A DNA stretch of 64,000 nt, taken from positions 1 to 64,000 of the forward strand of contig JBEPYN010000002.1 in the NCBI GenBank assembly GCA_041641305.1, read 5' to 3'. The notes beneath the pieces were generated by a model. The model ran no database searches. It saw nothing but the letters and a program-made list of their open reading frames with translations, and had not been told where the DNA came from. Both the position numbers and the translations under genes were made by a program. Origin of the DNA: Nitrososphaerota archaeon (GTDB taxonomy: Archaea; Thermoproteota; Nitrososphaeria_A; Caldarchaeales; Caldarchaeaceae). This document shows positions 30,163-39,901 of this stretch, piece after piece. Each line of letters begins with the position of its first letter. Within the stretch, counting starts at the first letter, position 1.

Positions 30163-31125
30163 TCACTGCTGTGGAAGAGTTAGCTCTCCTGCGGCCTTGG
30201 CGCGTTGAAAGATTTCATAGGTTTCCCTGAGCCCGTCCATGACCGATGTATATGCTATGTCCTTGATGTCTCTTCTAAAGGCTGTGTCGTCCACGGCATA
30301 AGCCACAGGCAGCGGGCTGTCGATGTATGAAACCAGTTCGCGTGCATCAGGAACTATTTTGCAGATGGCGTCAATTATTTCGGAGACTGAGACCACGGGG
30401 CCGCCTATGTTGTAGACTTTCGCCCCCGAGGGGTTGGCGAAGGCTGCTGCGACGAAGGCCTCTGCCACGTCTGCCGCGTATTGCATAGAGACTTTTCCGC
30501 CGAACCTTATTTTGAAGGGTTTCTTAAGAATAGCTGCTTTGAGCGCTGTTGTCACGTCGGAGGTTACTCCAACATCTCTTCCAAAGCCGTAGACGGTGTG
30601 CGGCCTCAGGCCCACGCTGGGTATGTTGTTCTCGACCCAGTAAGCGTATGCGGACAGCTCGTTGCATACCTTGAAGGCGCCGTAGTGGGTTGTAGGCTTT
30701 AGAGGCGCGTCCTCGCTCAACGGTTTCTCGCCGTAAAGCTCCTGCGGCCCATAAACAGCGATAGAGCTCGCGTACACGATGTTTTTCACGCCGCCGTATT
30801 TTTTCGCCGCCTCGAAAATTTTCAGGAAACCAACCACGTTCACCAACCCGCCGTTGACGGGGTCGGCCCTGCACTGCGGAATCTGGAGAGCGGCCAAGTG
30901 AATTATCCGCTCCACGTCATGCTCTTTCAAGACTTTGTCGAGGTCCGCCGCATTCCGTAGGTCAAGCGATATGAATGGCAGAGACTCGGGGTTGTCCATC
31001 AGATATTTGAGCCTGGAGGTGTCGAAGCGGATGTCTGATAAAATGAATTTGACGCCTTTTTTATGCAGGTTGCGAGCGACCCATGCTCCTATGAACCCTG
31101 TCGCGCCCGTGACTAATACAGTCAT
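30163..31125 (-). CDS. NAD-dependent epimerase/dehydratase (extended SDR)
   Basis: VTGATGFIG, HLAA, ASS, YGAFK. Confidence 0.92.
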   Translation of the reverse strand: MTVLVTGATGFIGAWVARNLHKKGVKFILSDIRFDTSRLKYLMDNPESLPFISLDLRNAADLDKVLKEHDVERIIHLAALQIPQCRADPVNGGLVNVVGFLKIFEAAKKYGGVKNIVYASSIAVYGPQELYGEKPLSEDAPLKPTTHYGAFKVCNELSAYAYWVENNIPSVGLRPHTVYGFGRDVGVTSDVTTALKAAILKKPFKIRFGGKVSMQYAADVAEAFVAAAFANPSGAKVYNIGGPVVSVSEIIDAICKIVPDARELVSYIDSPLPVAYAVDDTAFRRDIKDIAYTSVMDGLRETYEIFQRAKAAGELTLPQQ

Positions 31126-31202
31126 AGGCTTATGCGTAAATGCCTACTTTAATGGCTTTTGTGGCTATTGTTTATTTACCGCAATTTGTTTTATGGCTTG
31201 CT

Positions 31203-31973
31203 ATGAAGAAGAATGTGTTAAAGGAGAAGCTGCGGATGGGGAAGCCTTGTGTGGGCCTGTTCGCCACTATTCCAAGTCCGTCTATAGTTGAGCTGGCGGC
31301 TGTAGCAGGGTTTGATTACGTGATAATCGACCTCGAGCATGGGGTGATTGATTATGAAACTATGGAGAACATGGTCCGAGCCGCCGATGTTCATGGATTG
31401 ACTGCGGTGGTGCGTGTGCCTGAGTCTTTTGAGGATGCTGTGTTGAAGGCTCTCGAGGCAGGAGCTCATGGTGTCGAGATTCCGCATATTGGGTCTGCGG
31501 CTGAGGCGGAGAAAGCCGTTAAAGCGGTCAAGTATGCGCCTGAGGGGATGCGTGGAGTATCTCCCTATACACGCGCCGCATGGTACACAAGCATACCTCC
31601 GCGTGAGCATTTCGCTGTATCGAACAGGGAGACGATGGTGGTTTTGCAGATTGAGGGTGTAGAGGGGGTTGAGAACATGGAGGCGATAGCCTCGGTGAAG
31701 GGTGTGGATGTCTTGTTCGTGGGGCCCTACGACCTTTCGCAGGCCCTCGGTGTTCCCGGAGACGTGGATAATGAGAAGGTTTTGGCGGCGTTGAAAAAGC
31801 TTGTGCAGATATGCATGCAGAAAGGAGTTTCCGCCGGCTCCTTCGCGCCAACCATTGAGAAAGCCCGTCAGCTGATATCCCAAGGTGTAAAGTATGTGGC
31901 CTATTCCGTGGATACGGGCATCATCTACAAGGGCTTTAAACAGGCTGTCGACGAAATCTTGGTCAAGTCATAG
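31203..31973 (+). CDS. HpcH/HpaI class II pyruvate aldolase
   Basis: GFDYVIIDLEHG, KYAPEGMRG, LQIE, FVGPYDLS. Confidence 0.93.
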   Translation: MKKNVLKEKLRMGKPCVGLFATIPSPSIVELAAVAGFDYVIIDLEHGVIDYETMENMVRAADVHGLTAVVRVPESFEDAVLKALEAGAHGVEIPHIGSAAEAEKAVKAVKYAPEGMRGVSPYTRAAWYTSIPPREHFAVSNRETMVVLQIEGVEGVENMEAIASVKGVDVLFVGPYDLSQALGVPGDVDNEKVLAALKKLVQICMQKGVSAGSFAPTIEKARQLISQGVKYVAYSVDTGIIYKGFKQAVDEILVKS

Positions 31974-32028
31974 ACCCTTGTTGGCTGAGATATGCTTTTT
32001 AGAGGCCCCTCAACACCGTGGTGTAGAC

Positions 32029-32793
32029 ATGGTTTTGGAGACACGTATAGACGCCGTCGACGGGCTGGATATTGATGGCGCGGTCTTCATAGAGGGCTCG
32101 CCCACGGCAGGTGCAGCCGGTATCTTGGCGGTTAATTATCTGCGGGAGACTTTTGACGCGGTTTTGGTGGCTGAGATTGTCTCGCCGCATTTTCCCCAGA
32201 TAAGCATTATTGATGATGACGGTATTGCTTCGCGTCCTAAGCTTGAGCTTTATCTGGTGAACTTGAAGGGGTTGAAGCTTCTTCTTCTGAGCCGTGTTTT
32301 CCCCGTTGAGAGCAACGAGGGAAGCTATGAGCTCGCCGCCAAGCTCTACCAGTTTCTCTCCCGACACAACGTAAACGAGTATCTTGTTCTCGCCAGCGGC
32401 AGGGTCACGGGTGACGGCAGCGTATTCGTCTCTACCACAAGCCTCGACCAATCCAAGGCTCTCCTCGACGCGGGGGCCAAGCGGAGCCCAAGCCTCGAAA
32501 CACTTCCAGTCGACAGGGTCTCAGGCTTTCTCATGCTATTCTTCGCCCGCGAGGGCAAAAAAGTCTCGATGCTCTTCTCCGACTCGGCGTCATACATTCC
32601 CGACCACCTCGCCGCACGCAAACTGCTTGAAGTGGTTTCACGCTACCTCGGCATAGAGGTTGACTTCAAAGCCCTCGACACAGAGATTGAGAAACAGGCC
32701 AAGGCTATGCAGGAGGTTGAGCAGCTCGGGCTAACAGGTAGAAAAATAGTCTCGGACGAGAAACCATCCAGAGAACCATTCTACATCGGATAA
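32029..32793 (+). CDS. PAC2-family proteasome assembly chaperone-like protein
   Basis: IEGSPTAGAAGILA, SPHFP, PDHLAA, C-terminal YIG. Confidence 0.82.
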   Translation: MVLETRIDAVDGLDIDGAVFIEGSPTAGAAGILAVNYLRETFDAVLVAEIVSPHFPQISIIDDDGIASRPKLELYLVNLKGLKLLLLSRVFPVESNEGSYELAAKLYQFLSRHNVNEYLVLASGRVTGDGSVFVSTTSLDQSKALLDAGAKRSPSLETLPVDRVSGFLMLFFAREGKKVSMLFSDSASYIPDHLAARKLLEVVSRYLGIEVDFKALDTEIEKQAKAMQEVEQLGLTGRKIVSDEKPSREPFYIG

Positions 32794-32803
32794 AAAATTG
32801 GGT

Positions 32804-33355
32804 TTAGCCGAGTAGAGAGGTCAGGGCCGAGGCTATTGGCTCGGAGAGGAATGAGACGCCTTGGCTGATTACAAGCGAGATGGCGACGAATGTTCCGAAG
32901 AGTACCAACGCGACGGCGAGGTTTCCGTTCTTCAGCTCATCCTGTATGTTGAATTTCTCGATCTCGACAGCCGGCAGCTTCGAAGCCGCTTTGACCAACC
33001 ATGAATAAACCCTGTTCTGAGCCCATGTAATCACGACGATGGCAAGCGGAAGCCCGATGAACAGCTGAACAAGTCCACCTACTATCGCCGGCACGTTGAA
33101 GGAGCCTGGGACAACAGCCTTACTTATCCCCGAGACAGCCTGTCCAACCACGTTGCCCACCGCGATGAGAATACCGGCGATGTAGACACCGACGGCGAGG
33201 TTCTTCTTCCGTATCTCCTCAAACTCGTTGATGTCCTTCGTGGACCTGTTGAGAATGTTGATGGCGACGGTCACGCTGAAGAGGGCTAGGGCCACCGCGA
33301 AAATAAGCTGAATCAACGCGATGACGATGTCTACCAGAGCTGTTACGAGAGACAT
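32804..33355 (-). CDS. DUF350 membrane protein
   Basis: Duplicated 'INEFEEIRKKNLAVG' / 'IQDELKNGNLAVA' motif. Confidence 0.8.
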   Translation of the reverse strand: MSLVTALVDIVIALIQLIFAVALALFSVTVAINILNRSTKDINEFEEIRKKNLAVGVYIAGILIAVGNVVGQAVSGISKAVVPGSFNVPAIVGGLVQLFIGLPLAIVVITWAQNRVYSWLVKAASKLPAVEIEKFNIQDELKNGNLAVALVLFGTFVAISLVISQGVSFLSEPIASALTSLLG

Positions 33356-33400
33356 CAAGGCGTGCTACTTTATTGCACTTTTTAAATTTTTACATACTTT

Positions 33401-35638
33401 TTACTCTTGGACATGGATGATGCAGCCCATGTAGTGTTTCGAGAGGCTTCTGATGTGGTAGACGCCCTGCGCACGGAATTTATGCTTCCACTTACCCTCA
33501 GGCTTAATCTCCTCCGAAGTAAAGAGATATTCTGCGGGGCCCATGTATGCCTCGATGACGTGCGGTGTCCTGTCTTTGTTGACGAAGGTGACCGTTGCGC
33601 CTTTTTTCACGGAAACGACGGAGGGCTTCATATAGACATCTTCGATTATCGGCTGACCATCATCACTCCAGCCAAAGGGAGGCTTGTCGCTTCTGTTGAT
33701 GATTATTTTTGCTCGGCGGCCGTCGAGAACAGCTGCAACTAGTGGAAGAGGTAGGAGGAGGAAAGGTAGGTAGAACCATGGCGGCAGCTCCAGCCAATTC
33801 ACCTCACCTCTCACGGTCGTGGTCAACTCTACCGTAGCAGTTGTGGTGGTGTTGCGTGAAACAGTTGTTGTGGCTGCTATGGTTTCTGACCGTGTTGTGG
33901 CAACGGTGGCGTAGACGGTGTTCAAAATAATTGAAGTTGAAATATCGGTGACCGTGGTTTGAACAGTTGCATGCACTGTTTCTGTAAGTGAATAAGTTGA
34001 CGTGGTTAACTGTGTAAATGTGGTGTAGAGGGCTGATGAGAATGTTTCTGTCACATATCTTGTATTGGTTATTGTAGCTGTGGTTGTTTGAGTGAGAGTT
34101 GATGTGATTGCTGAAGTAGTGGTCTGTGTGTAGGTGGCTGTCGTTGTAGAGGTTGACGTTGTTGTAAAGAATAAGGAGCGGGGACAAAAAGCTCCATAAA
34201 AACCATAGATCACCACACCTAAATCCGTGTCAAAAACAGGTGTCCAAATATTTTCATCCCACAAATCATATCTTAAATCCGGCTTGAACGGCAATATACT
34301 TGGGCCCCCCACATCTGTCCACAGTGGAAACGTAAAGTTAAACAGGTTAAGAAAAACGTATTCAAGCCTATAGTACTCCGAGGCTCCGCCAAGGTAGACA
34401 CAGTCGCCAAAAGCGTCAACTCCCAGAACCTGCACACTATAATATGGGCTTTCTTCGCCGCGTATACGGAATCCAAAAGATGCTTCGCCGTTGAATTTGT
34501 TTACGGCAAGCAACAAACCATGAGACGGCCGCTCACTACCTGAACCCATGTAATCATTCGTGGAGAAACCGCCTATGAACAAGTATGTATCCGAAACCGC
34601 CCCTGACACACCATAGGCAAACCGTATCACAATGTGTTCTGGCGGAGTGGTCGAGGGGTCCATGTAAACGTTAAAGGCCGGATAAGATTGAACCCATAGA
34701 CTGTTCATGTATCTGTCAAACTTGTGGACAGCTACAACATCATTGGCCATGAACTTCCGATATGTCTCGATTACGTAGACGTCGTTATTATTCCTGTCCA
34801 CAACTATCTCCAGCCCTGGGAAAAACCCTTCTATAGGAAGCAGAATGGTTGTGTTGGTGGGAGACAGGTTTGTCTTGTTGAGCTCTAGGATGAACACCCT
34901 TGCCCCATTCCAATTTGCACTATTGTACCCGGTTATTCCTCCTACATAGACTCTTTGGTCCCCGAGAGCTATCGACAAGCCTAAATCACTTGCCGGGTCG
35001 TATATTTGATAGAATCCGTCGATTACCGGTTGCAGATATTGGTCAAGCCTAACAACATAAAATCCCAATCTTTCGGCTATAAAAAGCCCAACCAGCAGAT
35101 AAACACCCGTCTCGTCAACAGCCAAATCAATACCCTCACCGGTTAAGATTGTGACAAAAGAAATTTCTTCAAAATCAGTTACATAAAATCTATGAATCCC
35201 GGTTAGATTACAATCGGCTTTTGAAAAAGCCGCGACATACACAGCTATAGCTCCGAGTCTCGAGGCCCAGTAATAACCTGCCACAAAGACATGAGTCTGA
35301 TTCAATTCAACCGATGCAGCTAACCCGAAAGCAAACCCAGTGTCAACAGGGAATTCGACATAGTTGCTGCAGCGATGAGTATGATCAGGGTTCATGATTG
35401 TTAGAGAAGACTGAGGTAGTCTATAATCTATAGATGATGTGGAACCCACCATGTATATCCCGTCCTCGTCGACCTCAATATCATATACCGATGCTAGCCC
35501 CGCGACGCCTCTGTTCTCAATATCAAAGGTCCGAAGCAAACCATATGCGGGGTCTGCTTGAGAAGCTTGCCAAGGCATCAACCACAGTAACGTCAAAAGA
35601 ACAGTGACTATGATTAAGCTTGTGTTTCTTTTCATCAT
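33401..35638 (-). CDS. Surface protein: beta-propeller, Thr-rich stalk, TM, C-terminal degenerate cupredoxin domain
   Basis: Signal peptide, repeated xYxxG blades, about 120-aa Thr-rich tract, TM, PSVVSVKKGATVTFVN...PH; several N-x-T/S sequons; lower GC. Confidence 0.75.
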   Translation of the reverse strand: MMKRNTSLIIVTVLLTLLWLMPWQASQADPAYGLLRTFDIENRGVAGLASVYDIEVDEDGIYMVGSTSSIDYRLPQSSLTIMNPDHTHRCSNYVEFPVDTGFAFGLAASVELNQTHVFVAGYYWASRLGAIAVYVAAFSKADCNLTGIHRFYVTDFEEISFVTILTGEGIDLAVDETGVYLLVGLFIAERLGFYVVRLDQYLQPVIDGFYQIYDPASDLGLSIALGDQRVYVGGITGYNSANWNGARVFILELNKTNLSPTNTTILLPIEGFFPGLEIVVDRNNNDVYVIETYRKFMANDVVAVHKFDRYMNSLWVQSYPAFNVYMDPSTTPPEHIVIRFAYGVSGAVSDTYLFIGGFSTNDYMGSGSERPSHGLLLAVNKFNGEASFGFRIRGEESPYYSVQVLGVDAFGDCVYLGGASEYYRLEYVFLNLFNFTFPLWTDVGGPSILPFKPDLRYDLWDENIWTPVFDTDLGVVIYGFYGAFCPRSLFFTTTSTSTTTATYTQTTTSAITSTLTQTTTATITNTRYVTETFSSALYTTFTQLTTSTYSLTETVHATVQTTVTDISTSIILNTVYATVATTRSETIAATTTVSRNTTTTATVELTTTVRGEVNWLELPPWFYLPFLLLPLPLVAAVLDGRRAKIIINRSDKPPFGWSDDGQPIIEDVYMKPSVVSVKKGATVTFVNKDRTPHVIEAYMGPAEYLFTSEEIKPEGKWKHKFRAQGVYHIRSLSKHYMGCIIHVQE

Positions 35639-35692
35639 TGAAACTGCCGACACAAAGTGATATTCTTAATTCTTAATTTGCCAGAATCTGTT

Positions 35693-35731
35693 ATATATGG
35701 TGACTTATTACCCATATATTACGGGCGTAAT
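35693..35731. promoter_or_regulatory. Overlapping inverted repeats ATATATGG-N11-CCATATAT and ATTACG-GG-CGTAAT
   Basis: Seen upstream of the surface-protein gene and just downstream of the aglB stop. Confidence 0.45.
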
Positions 35732-35767
35732 GCCGGTCTCGACTGACGGTGAGAAATGGCTGCCGCT

Positions 35768-37879
35768 CTACGGGTAGACTACTTCGTAGATGTATACGTA
35801 TGCGAGTGATTGGTAGGGTGGGCTTGACTGGTATACGAGGCGGAAGTAGTTGAGTTGGCTGGGGTTGTAGAGGTGTCCGGGGCCGAAGGCTGTTTGGGTT
35901 GGTTTGTATGGGATGAGTTGGCCGAGGAGTGTTTGCCAGAACCGCTGAGTGGGCTGGAAGTTCTGGTCAACGTAGTCCGATTCCCGGTAGAAATGTCCGG
36001 TCTGGTTGGCTATCCGCAGCATCCAAATCCACTTCCCCTCGTCGCCGAACCCGAGCAAACGCCCATACGCCTGACCACCCTGCACAACAAACTGATGCGT
36101 CACATAGATAACCACGTGTGTGACGTTGTGGCGGCGGAAAATCTCCATCGCAGTTCTCTCATCGCTCATGAAGGCGTGGGCCACGTCACCTATCTGCGTC
36201 GAGTTGATTGTTCCGTTGTCGATGAGCGTGATTCTCTCACCCAGTATGGTTATCCAGTAGCCGTAGTCCCACCACGACGCCACAACCGCGTCCTTGGGGA
36301 GATTGTCACGCATCCATGCAAGGGCCCTGACCCAGTCGGGGATGGATTGGCGGGCGGGGAAGCTCGATGTAACAATCGTGGCAGGCTGGTAACCCTGGTC
36401 GATAGGCGACAAAGTAACTCTCGAACCAAGCCCTCCATAGACCGACGGCACAATCGAGACAAGAAGCAGGAGAACAAGCAGCACAGGCGTGAATGCGGCG
36501 AGCCCTATGTTCACCTCCTCACCCCTTCTCTTCGAAGCACGTCTCTGTGCAATCAAGTCACCAAGCCGGGTGAAGACAAATGCGTAGCCATGTCCCGCGA
36601 CAAGCGCGACAGCCGGTGACGCGAGGAGGGAGAGGCGGACCATCGATGACGCGAAATACGCCGCGAAGAGGAGAAAGAGGACGATGAAGAGGTCGGGGTC
36701 GCGCCGCGTCTTGATAAGCTGGTAAACGCCAATAGGCACGAGAGCCAGGGCCAGCCCAAAGTCGGAAAACATGATGGACCACGTCGGAACCTGGTTTTCC
36801 GCAACCGATTCAACGATGGGCAAAGCGTCGCGGAGACCCGGGAGCAGAACGGAGAGGAACTTGAGCCCCGGCACACCGAGGAAACCGAGGCCCAGCAAAG
36901 AGAAGAACCCGACAGCCGAGAGAAAGAGCACCGTTAAAATGGTTAAACGCCTTACCTCGGGCTGCTTTATCCGCGAAGCCGCCTCAAACACGGCGAGGAT
37001 GAAGAGGGCGATGAAGCCTGAGAAGATGGTGATTTCGCGGATGTAGCCGGGGCCGAGCTTGGGGACAGACACAGCGATGGACGTGTATACGGCGAAGGCG
37101 AGGGCTGTCGCGACCAGCAGGTTTCGGCGATATCTTCCGATTACGGCGAGGATGACGCTGAACAACGGTATGTACGCTAGCGGAAACTTGTGCGCACCCC
37201 AACTAGCTGCCATGAAGCCGAGAAACAGCCCCGACAACAAGGAGAAAACAACCGTCCCACGCAGACTCCTCTTCTCAGAAATCGCAGCCAAGTAGAAGAT
37301 GTATCCGCCCAGCATCAGAGGCAGGCTGAGGCTCTCGTCATCAAACCATCCCAGATGAGTACGCCCGATATGCGCCGTGCTAATCGCCATGAACAGCGCA
37401 GCGGCCAACCCCGTAGAGGAGCCGCCGACACGTTTACCGAGAAAATATACGGCGACAACAGTCAACACCCCGTAGACAACCGGCAGCGCCGCGGCGAGCT
37501 CGAGAGTGTCCACGGTTACGCCGAAGGATTTGAGGGTGAGGTAGATGAATGCCATCGCGAAGGGGATGCCGGGGAAAGCCGTGCGCCCCATGTCCCGGCC
37601 CCACGGATACCACGACATCGTATCATGCCAGTTGAAGAACTCGGCGAACCCGCCCCAGCCCCGCTCAATCACGAACAAAGCCTCCTTATATTGAACCCAT
37701 GGGTCAAACTCGGAGAGAGCAACACCCCAGCGGAGAGGCAGCACACGGAGAACAAAAGCCGTGCTCAGCAACAGAAGAAGAATACCCAGCTCAGCCAAAC
37801 GATGCCTCCCACCCAGCACACGGTCCACACGCCTCAGCCCAGACAAAACACGCCCAACAGACAAACCCGTTCCAGCCAA
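35768..37879 (-). CDS. aglB: Oligosaccharyltransferase AglB/STT3
   Basis: EFDPW, FDDE, SVAEN, WWDYG, DNGT, DEGK; multiple TM segments. Confidence 0.96.
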   Translation of the reverse strand: MAGTGLSVGRVLSGLRRVDRVLGGRHRLAELGILLLLLSTAFVLRVLPLRWGVALSEFDPWVQYKEALFVIERGWGGFAEFFNWHDTMSWYPWGRDMGRTAFPGIPFAMAFIYLTLKSFGVTVDTLELAAALPVVYGVLTVVAVYFLGKRVGGSSTGLAAALFMAISTAHIGRTHLGWFDDESLSLPLMLGGYIFYLAAISEKRSLRGTVVFSLLSGLFLGFMAASWGAHKFPLAYIPLFSVILAVIGRYRRNLLVATALAFAVYTSIAVSVPKLGPGYIREITIFSGFIALFILAVFEAASRIKQPEVRRLTILTVLFLSAVGFFSLLGLGFLGVPGLKFLSVLLPGLRDALPIVESVAENQVPTWSIMFSDFGLALALVPIGVYQLIKTRRDPDLFIVLFLLFAAYFASSMVRLSLLASPAVALVAGHGYAFVFTRLGDLIAQRRASKRRGEEVNIGLAAFTPVLLVLLLLVSIVPSVYGGLGSRVTLSPIDQGYQPATIVTSSFPARQSIPDWVRALAWMRDNLPKDAVVASWWDYGYWITILGERITLIDNGTINSTQIGDVAHAFMSDERTAMEIFRRHNVTHVVIYVTHQFVVQGGQAYGRLLGFGDEGKWIWMLRIANQTGHFYRESDYVDQNFQPTQRFWQTLLGQLIPYKPTQTAFGPGHLYNPSQLNYFRLVYQSSPPYQSLAYVYIYEVVYP

Positions 37880-37996
37880 ATTCCCCCAAACACCAGACTA
37901 AAAACCTATTTCCAATAATACGAACATAGTCTCGAATTATTACGAGAGCCGGCGACTAATGTAAAAGATTTAAAACTCTCTTCCCGTGAAGCCGCC

Positions 37997-39715
37997 ATGA
38001 TGAGGAGAATTTGTGTAGCTGGTTTGTTGGCTGCCCTGATGTTAACGGCGGTTATGAGCGGGTTAGGTGAGGTTGTCAGCTTCCGCCTCTCCTACGGCGG
38101 CCCCGCAGACGACATCACCACAGACATCTACGTCGACGCCAACGGCATATACACCGTGGGTTACACAACATCTTTCGGCCCCAACACACCCAACGCTTTC
38201 CTCACAATCTTCAACAGCGACAACACCCATCGATGCAGCGTAGCCCTCGACCTCGGAGCCAGCGAAGAAGCCAGAGCCCTGACATTTCACAACAACAAAA
38301 TATACATGCTCGGAAAAACAACAGCAGGGTCGACGCCCCCCAACCACTTCGTCGCCGTCTTCGACACCAGCTGCAGCCTCCAAACCATAAACCTCTACGA
38401 CATAGGGCCCGGCGAAGAAGTAACAGACATAGCCGTCGAGCCGGCCGCTTCCCCATCGTTCTATGTCGTAGGCTATCAGCCGGGTATTGGCGCATTCGTT
38501 GAGAAGCTTGACTCAAGCCTCAACGTGGTGTGGGCCAAGAACTTCAAGGTGCGTGGTGGAAACGATTTGGCGAACGCGGTCGCCTTCGCTGGAGGCCGCG
38601 TCTACATAGCTGGCACATCCGACGACGGAAGCTCCCTCGAGATGTTTGTCACAGTCTTCGACACCAGCGGCAACCACATAGCCACAAGAGAAATAGGCGG
38701 GTCAAACAACGACGAAGCATATGACGTCATCGTCTCTGCGGGAAACATCTACCTCGCCGGAAAAACATTCATCGCGGGAAGACAGGATGAAGCTATCCTG
38801 GTGCGTCTGGACTCTGGCTTGGCGCTACAGTGGATAAGAGCCTTTGGAACATCCACAGGCGACGAGGTCGCGTATGGCTTAACAGCCGTGGGCGGAACCC
38901 TCTACATAGCCGGCTACACCACCGGATATGGAACACGGGACGTGTTGCTCGCAGCCTACGCCGCCGACGGAACATTCTCACACTCATTCTTCATCACCGG
39001 CGGCCCCTCGGGCGACGACTGGGCTCATTCGGCGGCCTCGCTCGGAGCATGTGTCTACCTCGCGGGCCAACACGTCAACTTACCGCTCTTCTACGTCATA
39101 AACGACCTACAAAACGCACAATCCTCCTCTGTTTCGCTGACGGTTGAAACATTGACACCGACCATGACCAATGTCACCCCATCAACATCACCGCCTTCAC
39201 CCGGCGTCGCAACCTACACACCTTCGATAAACACCGCAGCCAACATCAACTCCTTTTACTCAAGGTTCTGCCCCGACAACCTTGTCTCAACAAGCACGAC
39301 CACAGTGACCTCGACAGTTGGCACAACCACCACGGCCACGGCTACAGCGACAACCACGACAACCGCCTACGCAATAGCCACGACAACAATCACGCAGACA
39401 AGCTCCGTCATCCTCGTCTCAACAGCAACCAGCACCACAACAATCCCAGTCACAACAACTCAGACACAAACACAGACGACGACAAACACCCAAACAGTGA
39501 CAACCACAGCCACCACAACCACAACCTCAACAGCACAAACCACACAGACACAGTCAACAACACTAACCCTGACACAGATAACAACCATCGCCTTCGCCGA
39601 ACCCGTCTCAACCTACATACTCCCCATGCTCCTCATACTCATAGCAGTCCTCGTGGGAACAGCGATAATCGTCGGCAGAAGAAGACAACCCCAGCCACAA
39701 CCACCCACCTTCTAA
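37997..39715 (+). CDS. Surface beta-propeller (SBBP-like) protein with Thr-rich stalk and C-terminal TM anchor
   Basis: Repeated GGxxDDxAxxI..YxAGxT blades; Thr tract at about 39290-39590; TM followed by RRR. Confidence 0.82.
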   Translation: MMRRICVAGLLAALMLTAVMSGLGEVVSFRLSYGGPADDITTDIYVDANGIYTVGYTTSFGPNTPNAFLTIFNSDNTHRCSVALDLGASEEARALTFHNNKIYMLGKTTAGSTPPNHFVAVFDTSCSLQTINLYDIGPGEEVTDIAVEPAASPSFYVVGYQPGIGAFVEKLDSSLNVVWAKNFKVRGGNDLANAVAFAGGRVYIAGTSDDGSSLEMFVTVFDTSGNHIATREIGGSNNDEAYDVIVSAGNIYLAGKTFIAGRQDEAILVRLDSGLALQWIRAFGTSTGDEVAYGLTAVGGTLYIAGYTTGYGTRDVLLAAYAADGTFSHSFFITGGPSGDDWAHSAASLGACVYLAGQHVNLPLFYVINDLQNAQSSSVSLTVETLTPTMTNVTPSTSPPSPGVATYTPSINTAANINSFYSRFCPDNLVSTSTTTVTSTVGTTTTATATATTTTTAYAIATTTITQTSSVILVSTATSTTTIPVTTTQTQTQTTTNTQTVTTTATTTTTSTAQTTQTQSTTLTLTQITTIAFAEPVSTYILPMLLILIAVLVGTAIIVGRRRQPQPQPPTF

Positions 39716-39901
39716 ACTTTCCCAACCATTTTGCTATTTTTTCTGATAGTGACAACGATAAACAACGCACTACTCTCCAACAAAAAGGAAATTCTCAAAC
39801 TGCGATATAGCCGAGGTAAATGGCGGAGAAAGATGTAGTGACTTGGTCCGCGGGGAGGAAAATTAGCCTTTTTAAATGGCTGATGAGGGAAGGGTGTCGG
39901 G

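Noticed and set aside
35855-37918. Long antisense ORFs (also 8756-9508, 57804-58532, 60714-61403, 62061-62900)
   Set aside because: Shadows of well-supported genes on the opposite strand, with no recognisable motifs
39290-39590. DNA tandem repeat (ACA/ACC-rich); same at 33830-34170
   Set aside because: Explained by Thr-rich protein stalks with varied codons
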